From: an uncultured Chloroflexia bacterium
Lineage (GTDB): Bacteria; Chloroflexota; Dehalococcoidia; GIF9; UBA5629
DNA length: 64,000 bases
Assembly (NCBI GenBank): GCA_963751585.1
Contig: CAVVVB010000017.1
Span: forward strand, 28,993 to 92,992
Direction: 5' to 3'
The position numbers were made by a program, and so were the translations under genes. Below the pieces are notes generated by a model. That model ran no database searches, had not been told where the DNA came from, and saw nothing but the letters and a program-made list of their open reading frames with translations. Position 1 is the first letter of the stretch, and the number at the start of each line of letters is the position of its first letter. Shown one piece after another: positions 34,778 through 43,739 of this stretch.

Positions 34778-35998
34778 ATGGCGAAGCAGGCGTTAGCTGG
34801 GGTAAACGTTCTGGATTTTGGCTGGATCATAGTCGGCGCCTTGACCGGGAGACATCTGGCCGACCATGGCGCCCAAGTTGTTCGTATCGAGAGTATCGCT
34901 CGTCCCGATGTTATGAGGGGTGACCGGCATGTATCCGTATCTACAGCGGCCAACCCAGATGACAAGCCCATGTTCACCTTTCTCAATACGTCGAAATATA
35001 GTATGACGCTGAATTTGAAGCATCCTAGAGCCCGAGAGGTCATAGACAGGCTTGTCCGCTGGGCTGACGTGGTCAACGAGAACTTCACCCCGGGGACAAT
35101 GAGTAAGCTGGGCTTGAGCTACGAACACGTCAGAAAGATAAAGCCCGATATCATTATGGTTGGAAGCAGTGTATACGGGCAAACCGGCCCGCTCTCCCAA
35201 GAATGGGGCATGGATGGAACCGGCATGACCTTATCAGGACATATTCATCTTACCGGCTGGCCGGACAGGGAACCGATGATGACAACCTGTTGCCCTTACG
35301 GTGATATCGTCCTTCCGATTTTTGCTGCCTCAGCCATTGTCGCAGCTCTAGATTACAAGCGCAGGACAGGTAAAGGACAGTACATAGATGCCACCATGCT
35401 TGAGGTCTGCGCGTACAAGAACAGTCCAGCCCTGCTGGATTTGCAGGCAAACGGACGGTTACAGACCCGTACGGGCAACCACATACCTGATGCTTCGCCG
35501 CACGGTGTCTTTCCTTGCATCGGAGATGATCGCTGGTGTGCCATTGCTGTTTTCACCAATGAGGAGTGGGAATCTTTTTGCCATGTGGTGGGAGACCCGC
35601 CCTGGACGCGAGATAGGAAATTCGCCACTCTCGACTTAAGGAAACAGAACGAAGACGAACTAGAGAAGTTCGTGGCGGATTGGACCAGGAACCGTTCAGC
35701 TGAAGAAATCATGCACCTGATGCAAGCAGCCGGTGTAGCCGCGGGCGTGGTCGAAAATGCCCGGGACATACTGGAAAACGATCCCCAACTCAAGGAGAGA
35801 GAATTCTTGATACCACTGAAACACCCGGTTCTCGGGGTATTTGGCCACCCGACCCCTCCCTTCAAGTTGCTTAAAACCAAAGCGCAAGTTAGGACATCTC
35901 CATGCTTCGGTGAACATACCGAGTATGTATGTACAAAGCTCCTCGGGATGTCCGACGGCGACTTTGTTGAGCTATTGCAGGAGGGCGTCTTCAAGTGA
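34778..35998 (+). CDS. Type III (CaiB/BaiF family) CoA-transferase, subunit/paralogue 2
   Basis: LAGVNVLDFGWIIVGALTGRHLADHGAQVVRIES. It follows the first transferase after 26 nt. Confidence 0.88.
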   Translation: MAKQALAGVNVLDFGWIIVGALTGRHLADHGAQVVRIESIARPDVMRGDRHVSVSTAANPDDKPMFTFLNTSKYSMTLNLKHPRAREVIDRLVRWADVVNENFTPGTMSKLGLSYEHVRKIKPDIIMVGSSVYGQTGPLSQEWGMDGTGMTLSGHIHLTGWPDREPMMTTCCPYGDIVLPIFAASAIVAALDYKRRTGKGQYIDATMLEVCAYKNSPALLDLQANGRLQTRTGNHIPDASPHGVFPCIGDDRWCAIAVFTNEEWESFCHVVGDPPWTRDRKFATLDLRKQNEDELEKFVADWTRNRSAEEIMHLMQAAGVAAGVVENARDILENDPQLKEREFLIPLKHPVLGVFGHPTPPFKLLKTKAQVRTSPCFGEHTEYVCTKLLGMSDGDFVELLQEGVFK

Positions 35999-36106
35999 AG
36001 ATACCTGTCGCTGAAATGGCGCGCGGGAAAAGCAGCGCTCAGAGAGGTCATTTCCAACCTGACACTCCGGAGACCAAGAGAACCGCTGAAACGCTCAACC
36101 GATGCG

Positions 36107-36135
36107 TTGACAAAGGGGGGTTATCATTGTAGAAT
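36107..36135 (+). promoter_or_regulatory. Sigma70-like promoter (TTGACA-17-TAGAAT)
   Basis: TTGACA at 36107-36112 and TAGAAT at 36130-36135, 30 nt upstream of the GTG at 36165 (RBS AAGGAGG). Confidence 0.55.
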
Positions 36136-36164
36136 CGCGGCACCAGTAAATAAGGAGGCGAAAA

Positions 36165-37272
36165 GTGAGTCAAAATAATAGGTACGACGTGGTCGTTGTG
36201 GGCGGTGGACCTGCCGGCTCATCGGCAGCAAAGATAACTGCCAAGGCAGGTGCCAGAACCATACTTCTTGAGGAACATCCCCAGATAGGCATTCCAGAGC
36301 ACTGCGTCGGATTACAGCCTCCCTCGAGCAGCCTTATTGAAGAACTAATAGAAGGAATGAATAAGCGTGTAGTGCTGGCAAAGATAGCATCGCGGCGTAT
36401 GATTGCACCCGATGGCAAAACAGCCGAATTCTCGTTCGGCAAGCCCGCGTACATACTGGAAAGGAATTTGTTCGACCTTGAATTAGCCAAACAGGCAACA
36501 GAAGCCGGTGCGGAAGTCGTGGTGAACACGCGTGTGACGGGCATCCTGCACCAGGACGGGGTTGTCACAGGGGTGACAACAAACTCAAAGGCCATGCCGG
36601 AAGTTCATGGCAAGATCGTCATAGCCGGTGACGGCATACGGGCGCTGTTCAAAGGCATTCCAAAATGGGAAGGGCTCGCCAAAGAAAACCTTCAAATCTT
36701 ATCAGGTATTAAATGGCACTTAAGCGGAGTCAAATTTGACCCGGGCATACTGGAACTTCACCTCGGTTCCTTCTGTGAACGAGGTTGGGTCACTATAGCC
36801 CCGCTGGACGGCGTAACCTGCTACACCGACATCTCCAACATGGAGGACCTCGAGAAAATCAAGACTGGAAAGTGGGTTTCTGTCCAAGAAGCTCAAGAAC
36901 TGCTCAGTACTCAGAATGACCGGCTGGTCACATCCCATGCCCATGTCGGGGATACACACTACGAAAAAGACCAAAGCCGGATTGATCCTTGTCGGCGACG
37001 CGGCCAGGGGGCTAGGAGGGATAGACTTCGCCATCACCTCCGGAGCAAAGGCGGGTGAAGTGGCTGCCAAGGCCGTCAAAGAGGGCAACGTTTCCGAAAA
37101 GAACTTAAGCAGCTACGAGGACTTTTGTCGCGAGCTCGAATCGATAAAAGGGGGATATGCCTGGCAATTTGAACGGCTCGACCAATTCAACAATCTCTCT
37201 GATAAGCAAATCCAGGAGGAATTTGAGCAGCGAGAGGGGAAGAGGTTTGCTGCGACCGCTGGCCAGAGTTGA
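36165..37272 (+). pseudogene. FAD-dependent oxidoreductase (geranylgeranyl reductase / FixC-like), interrupted by a +1 frameshift (or assembly indel)
   Basis: YDVVVVGGGPAGSSAA. Frame 3 is plausible up to ...EDLEKIKTG. Frame 1 continues SGFLSKKLKNCSVLRMTGWSHPMPMSGI...LILVGDAARG. There is an extra A in the AAA at 36869-36871. Confidence 0.75.
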
Positions 37273-37285
37273 TGTGACGGGTAGC

Positions 37286-37317
37286 AGCGATTCTGACCTG
37301 GCAATTTCAGAATCGCT
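37286..37317 (+). terminator. Perfect 11-bp stem hairpin after the oxidoreductase gene (no U tract)
   Basis: AGCGATTCTGA (37286-37296) pairs with TCAGAATCGCT (37307-37317), with a 10-nt loop. Confidence 0.4.
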
Positions 37318-37452
37318 CCGCACGAATCGCTGATATCAGTCTTTGGCAAGAGATACTCAGTGGCAGCGTTCTATTTTTCAATATAATCAAGCACGCCAAG
37401 AGCCAGCGCTAGCACTGAGAACTTGCCTTAGTCACAAACATGGCTGCTTCAT

Positions 37453-37480
37453 TTGACAACGTTCAAATATGGATTATAAT
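37453..37480 (+). promoter_or_regulatory. Sigma70-like promoter (TTGACA-16-TATAAT)
   Basis: TTGACA at 37453-37458 and TATAAT at 37475-37480, about 85 nt upstream of the 37565 start. Confidence 0.55.
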
Positions 37481-37564
37481 ATTGTCCACATTCCCCGAGT
37501 GCAGACGAAAATGAGATGCGGTGTTCCAAATATTCAAAGCCTACAGTAAGCGGAGATTAGAATT

Positions 37565-38560
37565 ATGATAATCGACATGTTCACGCACATCTGTCCCGTA
37601 AAATACCGCGATGCGATGCGAAAGTATCTGCCGGCGGACGACCCTCGCGTGGCATCAAAGGAATACGCCCCTTCGCTGACAAATGTGGACCTGCGCCTTG
37701 AGTTCATGGAGCATTACGGCCGCGAATACGTGCAAGTACTCACCTGTCAATGGTTTCCCGAGGAGATTGCCAATCCAAAGGAATCGCCGGAGCTGGCGCG
37801 CATTGGAAATGATGCCATTGCTGAAATAATTGCCAAGTACCCGGATCGGTTCATCGCCGGAGCGGCTAATTTGCCCATGAATAATATCGAAGCCGCGCTA
37901 AAGGAAATGGATAGAGCCATAAGGAACCTGGGCTTTAAGGGGATAATGGTATGTTCCAACATAAACGGCAAGGCGTTGGACGCTCCCGAATTCATGCCTA
38001 TCTATGACAAAGCCGCTCAGTATGACGTACCCATCTGGATACACCCCTCCAGGCCCCCGACGTTCGCAGATTATGCCACCGAAAATGAGTCAAAATACAA
38101 CATATCCGCTGCCATAGGCTGGCCATATGATATGATGGTGGCCATTATTAGACTGGTATGCTCTGGAGTTCTGGATAAACATCCTAACCTTAAGTTCTAC
38201 GCACATCTAACCGCGGGTGGAATTGCCTATTATGCAGATAGAGTCGGGAGTCTACTTGGCCTCCACAAGAGAACCGTGCCGAATTCTAATCTGAATAAAC
38301 TCGCCAAGGCTCCCGTTGAATATCTGCGCATGTTCTATTCCGACACTGAGATGAGTTATACCACCGCTGCGCTCGAATGCACCTATGCATTCTTCGGAGC
38401 TGAGCACATGGTTTACAGTTCGGGTATGCCTTACGGAACCGCTTTTGGACACTCTTCGATAGGAGAGTCGATAAATGCTGTAAAGAGGATGAACATAAGC
38501 GGTACAGACAAACAGACGATTTTTGAAGGCAACGCCAAAAAGTTGTTGCATATAAGTTAA
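37565..38560 (+). CDS. Amidohydrolase_2 family protein (divergent active-site positions)
   Basis: IIDMFTHICP, ANLPMNN, FKGIMV, WIHPSRP and YAHLTAGG. The usual TDYPF region reads SSGMPYG. Confidence 0.75.
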   Translation: MIIDMFTHICPVKYRDAMRKYLPADDPRVASKEYAPSLTNVDLRLEFMEHYGREYVQVLTCQWFPEEIANPKESPELARIGNDAIAEIIAKYPDRFIAGAANLPMNNIEAALKEMDRAIRNLGFKGIMVCSNINGKALDAPEFMPIYDKAAQYDVPIWIHPSRPPTFADYATENESKYNISAAIGWPYDMMVAIIRLVCSGVLDKHPNLKFYAHLTAGGIAYYADRVGSLLGLHKRTVPNSNLNKLAKAPVEYLRMFYSDTEMSYTTAALECTYAFFGAEHMVYSSGMPYGTAFGHSSIGESINAVKRMNISGTDKQTIFEGNAKKLLHIS

Positions 38561-38656
38561 CGGAGGTAAGTAGAGGAGGACTTGCTATGTGAGTGTTTCC
38601 TGAAAATGCATATGCTATGTAGGAGGCATTAAGATGTTGAAGGAGGTAAATTTTTG

Positions 38657-39898
38657 ATGAAAAGAACGCTGATAACTTTGATTTTGGTTGGGTTGATGGT
38701 AGTTGTGGCGGCAGTGGGCTGTGCCAGCCAGACTCCTAGCTCTACCCCAACGACTGCGCCTACCCCTGCGGCAGCGAAGACGCTGGATATCGGTGTAGCC
38801 ACGCCATTAACCGGACCAATGTCTTTCGTCGGTACCACCATACAAAATGCCATACTTCTGTCAATAGACGACCAGAATAACGAGGGTGGAGTCACCATCG
38901 GCGGGCAAAATTATAAACTTAATCCAGTCGTCCGCGATACTAAGCAAGATCTGGTATTGGGCAAGAGCATTGCCGAGGAGCTGATATTCACCAAAGGTGT
39001 CAAGGTTATTATGGGGCCTTTCGTTTCTGACGCCATAGGTGCGCAGCCAGTCACCGAAAAGAACAAGGTAATAGCCTTTCTTATGCAGCCCACCCTAATG
39101 AGCATGACGGGACCAGACAAGCCATATACCTTTTTCTTCGGTGGTTCGCCCGAGCAATTCTACAACAATACATCCGCTTACACCCAGAAATACTATCCGG
39201 ACTTAAAAAAGGTTCTGTCCGTATCGCCTGACATACCCAGCTTGCCGATATTCGAGACCGCTATCAAAGAGGTATTGCCCCACTACGGCCAGGAGTGGAT
39301 GGGCATGGATAAGTTTCCACTGAATACTACGGACCTCACGCCGGTGATTGCCCGGGAGTTAGCCAAAAAACCGGACATCTTCGACGCCTCCTGCGCCGGT
39401 GGCATGGCAGGCATGGGCCCGCTACTGCCAAAATTAGCGCGTGAGATTGGCTTTACCGGCCCAGTTATAATGCCTATGAGCCCTGCCAAGGGCGCTCTCG
39501 AGGAGGTCGTACCGGCCAAGTCCCTGACCGGGGTTATCATGAACGACTATGACATAAATAGCAGTTCAGTCACTCCGCAGTTCCGCGCTGTGTACGATGG
39601 GGCGAAACAGAAGTTCGGGGGAGTACCTGATATGTTGCTATTCAACACTTATAATGTGACCAAGGCTTTCTTCGAGTTTCTGAACACCCAGTCTACCATA
39701 GACGATACTACATGGATGGAGAACTTTGCCCAATACCGCTGGCAGAACATGTACGGCTTCGAGAACTACTGGCTGGGAAAGAACCTGTGGGGCATTGACC
39801 GGCGCGTATGGCAGTGCCCCTGGGTATCTGAGTACAAAGACGGTAAGGTAGCCATTCAGTTTGCGGCTCCTCTTCCCGATTTCCTTTTGGGACAGTAG
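38657..39898 (+). CDS. LivK-like solute-binding lipoprotein, paralogue 3
   Basis: Lipobox AVG|CASQ, then LDIGVATPLTGPMSFVG...SIDDQNNEGGVTIGGQNY. Confidence 0.85.
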   Translation: MKRTLITLILVGLMVVVAAVGCASQTPSSTPTTAPTPAAAKTLDIGVATPLTGPMSFVGTTIQNAILLSIDDQNNEGGVTIGGQNYKLNPVVRDTKQDLVLGKSIAEELIFTKGVKVIMGPFVSDAIGAQPVTEKNKVIAFLMQPTLMSMTGPDKPYTFFFGGSPEQFYNNTSAYTQKYYPDLKKVLSVSPDIPSLPIFETAIKEVLPHYGQEWMGMDKFPLNTTDLTPVIARELAKKPDIFDASCAGGMAGMGPLLPKLAREIGFTGPVIMPMSPAKGALEEVVPAKSLTGVIMNDYDINSSSVTPQFRAVYDGAKQKFGGVPDMLLFNTYNVTKAFFEFLNTQSTIDDTTWMENFAQYRWQNMYGFENYWLGKNLWGIDRRVWQCPWVSEYKDGKVAIQFAAPLPDFLLGQ

Positions 39899-39999
39899 GG
39901 GGTTTTACCACTTAGCTTCCAATATCCCATCCCTGGAAAATGGGCATAGGTGGCATACGCTTGCCAAAAGAAGAAGATTAGGGGGCCAAAGTCGAAAGC

Positions 40000-40018
40000 T
40001 TAGTCAGTTTGTGACTAA
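40000..40018. promoter_or_regulatory. Perfect 7-bp inverted repeat TTAGTCA-N5-TGACTAA (candidate operator)
   Basis: Read directly. The repeat lies 27 nt upstream of the 40045 start codon. Confidence 0.4.
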
Positions 40019-40044
40019 AATTGAGAGAAGGAGGGTCGACAGAG

Positions 40045-41718
40045 ATGAGCCAGAGTCAGAACCCCGTTGAATCTATACTGCCTCCCGGCGTCAGGTTTGA
40101 AGAGAACGTCCGTGTGCCCATGAGGGACGGCATTAAGATTGCCGTCGACGTATATCGTCCCGAGAAGGCAGGCCGCTACCCAGCACTCCTGTCGACATCG
40201 GCTTATATCAAGGCGGCACAACCATGGCCGCCGGAACTATCACACTCCATAGAAGCCGGGTCGACTTTCTTTTTTGTAGCCAGGGAATACGTACACGTTG
40301 TTGCCCAGGCAAGAGGCAGTGGACTCTCTCAGGGCCAGTACAACTGGTATGATCGCACTGAGCAGTTAGACGGGGCTGAGCTGATAGAATGGATAGCCAG
40401 GCAGCCATGGTGTAACGGTAACGTCGGCATGCTTGGCGACTCCTACTTCGGCCGAATGCAATGGCTCATCGCCGGCGAACAGCCTCCCCACCTCAAAGCT
40501 ATAGCACCATATGACGCCTCCATGGACGATTATAGGTCACGCCACGAAGGAGGCCTGATAAAACTTGGGTTCTTGGGCATGTGGGGCGCTGACACCACGC
40601 TACAGTGCCTGTGGCCGGGGCCGGTGGAGGGAAAACTGCCACCTACCAATCTGTTCGCCGAGATTGGTAGCCATCCTGATGACGGGCCGTTTTATTGGGA
40701 GAGGAGCGGGTACACCAAGGCAGACAAGATAAAGATTCCTGTGTTGAACATAGCCGCAGCCGGTAGCGAAGTCCATTCAAAATCACAGCTCTGGGGACAC
40801 AAGCTGATCAAGTCACCTAATAAGCTATTAGTGTTACCAGCTCTCGGTTTCTTCGCCAACGTATTCTTGATACGAAGTAAGCCTCTCAACGAATACATTT
40901 CAAGATGGTACGATCATTGGCTAAAGGGCATAGATACAGGCATCATGAAAGAGCCTCCGGTGGCTATATGCGATAGTGCTACGGGAGAATGGCGCTATGA
41001 AAACGAATACCCATTAGCCAGGACGGAGTGGACCAAGTTTTATTTGCGCGCAAACACCACCGGTCCGGCCACCAAACCGCCATACGGTCTGTTGAGCCTC
41101 GAGTCGCCTCAACAAGAGGCACCCGACAGTTATGCTACTCCAGAGTGTATGCAGTTGGTATTTACTCGCCGGCCGGTTCTCGCGTTCTCAACGACGCCGC
41201 TGGAAAAGGACACACGTGTCTGGGGCCCGCTCAGCGCTACACTGTACGGATCATCCACCACAACTGACACCGCCTGGTTCGTCAAAGTGTGCGATGTGGC
41301 ACCCGACGAGCAGGTAACGCCCCTTACTACAGGCGTTCTGAAGGCCTCATACCAGGAGGTGGATCAAGCCAGGTCGGCTCCAGGCCAGCCCTTCCACCCA
41401 TTCCGGAATCCGGCACGTCCTGAGCCGAACAAGATATACGAGTACCAAGTAGAGATAATACCCATATTCCATACTTTTAAGAAGGGCCATAAGATATGGA
41501 TACAGATAGCAAGTCACGACATCGAATATTTAACGCCGCTCCACACTGAATATACCTGGGAGATGTTGCCAATTCCGGCAAAGAATACGGTCTACCACGA
41601 CGCAAATCACCCGTCTCACATATTGTTACCCATAATTCCCGACGCTCCCATAATAAGACCCGTGGAACCGCCGCTGTCGCAGGTAAAGTGGCCAATGGGC
41701 GACACAGCCATGAGATAG
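40045..41718 (+). CDS. CocE/NonD-family (S15 X-Pro dipeptidyl-peptidase-like) alpha/beta hydrolase
   Basis: VPMRDGIKIAVDVYRPEKAGRYPALL, the nucleophile region GNVGMLGDSYFG, and a long C-terminal beta-domain. Confidence 0.8.
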   Translation: MSQSQNPVESILPPGVRFEENVRVPMRDGIKIAVDVYRPEKAGRYPALLSTSAYIKAAQPWPPELSHSIEAGSTFFFVAREYVHVVAQARGSGLSQGQYNWYDRTEQLDGAELIEWIARQPWCNGNVGMLGDSYFGRMQWLIAGEQPPHLKAIAPYDASMDDYRSRHEGGLIKLGFLGMWGADTTLQCLWPGPVEGKLPPTNLFAEIGSHPDDGPFYWERSGYTKADKIKIPVLNIAAAGSEVHSKSQLWGHKLIKSPNKLLVLPALGFFANVFLIRSKPLNEYISRWYDHWLKGIDTGIMKEPPVAICDSATGEWRYENEYPLARTEWTKFYLRANTTGPATKPPYGLLSLESPQQEAPDSYATPECMQLVFTRRPVLAFSTTPLEKDTRVWGPLSATLYGSSTTTDTAWFVKVCDVAPDEQVTPLTTGVLKASYQEVDQARSAPGQPFHPFRNPARPEPNKIYEYQVEIIPIFHTFKKGHKIWIQIASHDIEYLTPLHTEYTWEMLPIPAKNTVYHDANHPSHILLPIIPDAPIIRPVEPPLSQVKWPMGDTAMR

Positions 41719-41772
41719 GAAGCGATTTTTCGATTTCGGCGGGCGATTGAAATACTCACGAGGTGATTCTTG

Positions 41773-43014
41773 ATGAAGAGACTCCTATTAAGTTCGGCCG
41801 CGATCACACTGATAGCAGTAGTGCTGGCCATGGGATGTGCTAAACCGTCGGCAGTTCCATCACCTGTCCCCACCTCAGAAACACCTAAGACGCTGGACAT
41901 AGGTGTAGCCACGCCATTGACTGGAACGATGGCATTCGTGGGCTCCCACATTAGGAATGCCGCGCTGTTAGCAATAGATGATCAGAATGCCCAGGGCGGC
42001 GTTACTATTGCCGGCCAAAAGTACATGCTGAATCCAGTTATCCGCGACACCAAGCAGGACCTGGTTCTTGGCAAGAGTATCGCCGAAGAGCTCATTTTCG
42101 ACAAAAGGATAAAGATCATTGTGGGCCCATTCATTTCGGATGCTATAGGTGCACAGAGAGTTACCGAACCCAATAAGGTTATAGCGTTCTTGGCGCTTCC
42201 TACCGTAGCCGGAATGTCCGGTCCAGACAAGCCATATTCCTTTTTCTGCACCCCTATCATTGAGCAGTCTTATGTCAATCCGGCTGCCTACGTCCAAAAA
42301 TTCTACCCGGAGGAAAAGACTGTGCTTTCCATAACACCGGACCTCCCCAGCCTGCCATCGTTTGTGACGGCAATAGAATCCGTATTGCCACAATATGGCC
42401 TAAAGTGGCTGGGCACGGAAAAATTCCCAGTGAGTACCCAAGACCTGACGCCGGTGATCTCGCGAGCGCTGGCCAAGAACCCTGACATCATAGACATCTG
42501 CTGCACCGGCGGCATGGCCGGCATAGGTAGCCTTTCCATAAAGCAGCTCCGACAGGAGGGCTTCAAGGGGCCTATCATGGTTCCTCTACCTCCGTCCAGG
42601 CGTGAGACTGAAGAGGTAGTACCTCAGCAATATTTGACCAAGATCATCATTAACTATCCCGACCAAAACAGTCCAATAGTCAGTGACGCCTTCCGTGCGG
42701 TATACAACGAGGCCAAGCAGAAATATCAAGAAGACCCGGAAACTCCACTGTTTTTCTTCTATAACCCGGTGAGGGCTTTATTCAAGCTTCTTGACGGCCA
42801 GGCTACCATGGACAGTACCGCGTGGATGGAGGACTTCGCCAAATATCACTGGCAGGGGATTTATGGCTTCGAGAATTACTGGGTTGGCAAGAAGGTCTGG
42901 GGTATAGATCGGCGCGTATTCATATATCCCTGGGTCTCTGAATACAAAGACGGGAAACTCGTAACTGAATTCTCCGCTCCAATTCCTTATGAAATGTTTG
43001 TAGGGGACAAATAG
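41773..43014 (+). CDS. LivK-like solute-binding lipoprotein, paralogue 4
   Basis: Lipobox AMG|CAKP, then LDIGVATPLTGTMAFVG...AIDDQNAQGGVTIAGQKY. Confidence 0.85.
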   Translation: MKRLLLSSAAITLIAVVLAMGCAKPSAVPSPVPTSETPKTLDIGVATPLTGTMAFVGSHIRNAALLAIDDQNAQGGVTIAGQKYMLNPVIRDTKQDLVLGKSIAEELIFDKRIKIIVGPFISDAIGAQRVTEPNKVIAFLALPTVAGMSGPDKPYSFFCTPIIEQSYVNPAAYVQKFYPEEKTVLSITPDLPSLPSFVTAIESVLPQYGLKWLGTEKFPVSTQDLTPVISRALAKNPDIIDICCTGGMAGIGSLSIKQLRQEGFKGPIMVPLPPSRRETEEVVPQQYLTKIIINYPDQNSPIVSDAFRAVYNEAKQKYQEDPETPLFFFYNPVRALFKLLDGQATMDSTAWMEDFAKYHWQGIYGFENYWVGKKVWGIDRRVFIYPWVSEYKDGKLVTEFSAPIPYEMFVGDK

Positions 43015-43092
43015 GCAATATTCGGTATTTACTGCCAATTCCCTACATCAACCTTACTATGATTTGTTTCATCATCCACGGTTTACAAATCA

Positions 43093-43128
43093 GAAGCTGG
43101 GTATCCCTTTAAAAAAATACCCAGCTTC
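43093..43128. terminator. Bidirectional terminator hairpin between convergent genes
   Basis: GAAGCTGGGTAT (43093-43104) pairs with ATACCCAGCTTC (43117-43128). The loop is CCCTTTAAAAAA. Confidence 0.7.
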
Positions 43129-43150
43129 AGGTTCCCAGTTATTCAGATAA

Positions 43151-43291
43151 CTAGCTCTTGCCTATTCGGAACATTTTAGTTCCACAGCTCGGACAAATCC
43201 CCTGCGTGGCCGGCTTACCATTTTTCATTTTAACGGGCCTCTGATTACTCATCTCTTTCTTGGTGCGGCATTTCATACAGTAGGCTTGCAT
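43151..43291 (-). CDS. 46-aa zinc-ribbon protein (DUF5679-like), below the ORF-track cutoff
   Basis: The reverse strand reads MQAYCMKCRTKKEMSNQRPVKMKNGKPATQGICPSCGTKMFRIGKS*. RBS GGGGGTG lies 6 nt upstream, and the terminator at 43093-43128 lies downstream. Confidence 0.65.
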   Translation of the reverse strand: MQAYCMKCRTKKEMSNQRPVKMKNGKPATQGICPSCGTKMFRIGKS

Positions 43292-43505
43292 TAGTCACCC
43301 CCTTTCTTTAACTAATAGAACGACAAATTCTTCGCAAAAGTTTATGTGCTCAATGCAAGTGCCTCATCAATTTATCTTCTATTCGGGGCAATGCAAACCA
43401 GCAAGCTGTTCTAGGGGAGCTATCCCATGCCGGCGCATTCTGCAGCTGGCCCAACTACCATTTATATACCGATTTGAAGTTTCAATATCCGGATTGGGGT
43501 ATTTA

Positions 43506-43724
43506 TTACTCAACCTCTATTTTGGTAGGGCCCTTTTTTTCTGTCTCTTCCGATCGTTCAATAGCAGCATCAATAAGGCTTCTGAGAGCCATGAGTATTT
43601 CTTTGCGAGCTGCCTTGACATGACCCCTAGCCTCGTCTGATACTGCGGTGCCGGAAGGAGGTTTGAAGCGTAGGACAAATTCTTCCCCGGGGCGGTGCTC
43701 CCATTCGATCATTCCACCGATCAT
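43506..43724 (-). CDS. Hypothetical 72-aa protein co-transcribed with the ArsA-like ATPase
   Basis: RBS GGAGGT. The start lies 15 nt after the ArsA stop. The C-terminal half is charged and helical, and I recognise no family. Confidence 0.45.
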   Translation of the reverse strand: MIGGMIEWEHRPGEEFVLRFKPPSGTAVSDEARGHVKAARKEILMALRSLIDAAIERSEETEKKGPTKIEVE

Positions 43725-43739
43725 GGCTTAACCTCCACA

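Noticed and set aside
43344-43640. Plus-strand ORF (98 aa) between the DUF5679-like gene and the ArsA operon.
   Set aside because: It overlaps the better-supported minus-strand 72-aa gene, has no RBS and has an odd composition.
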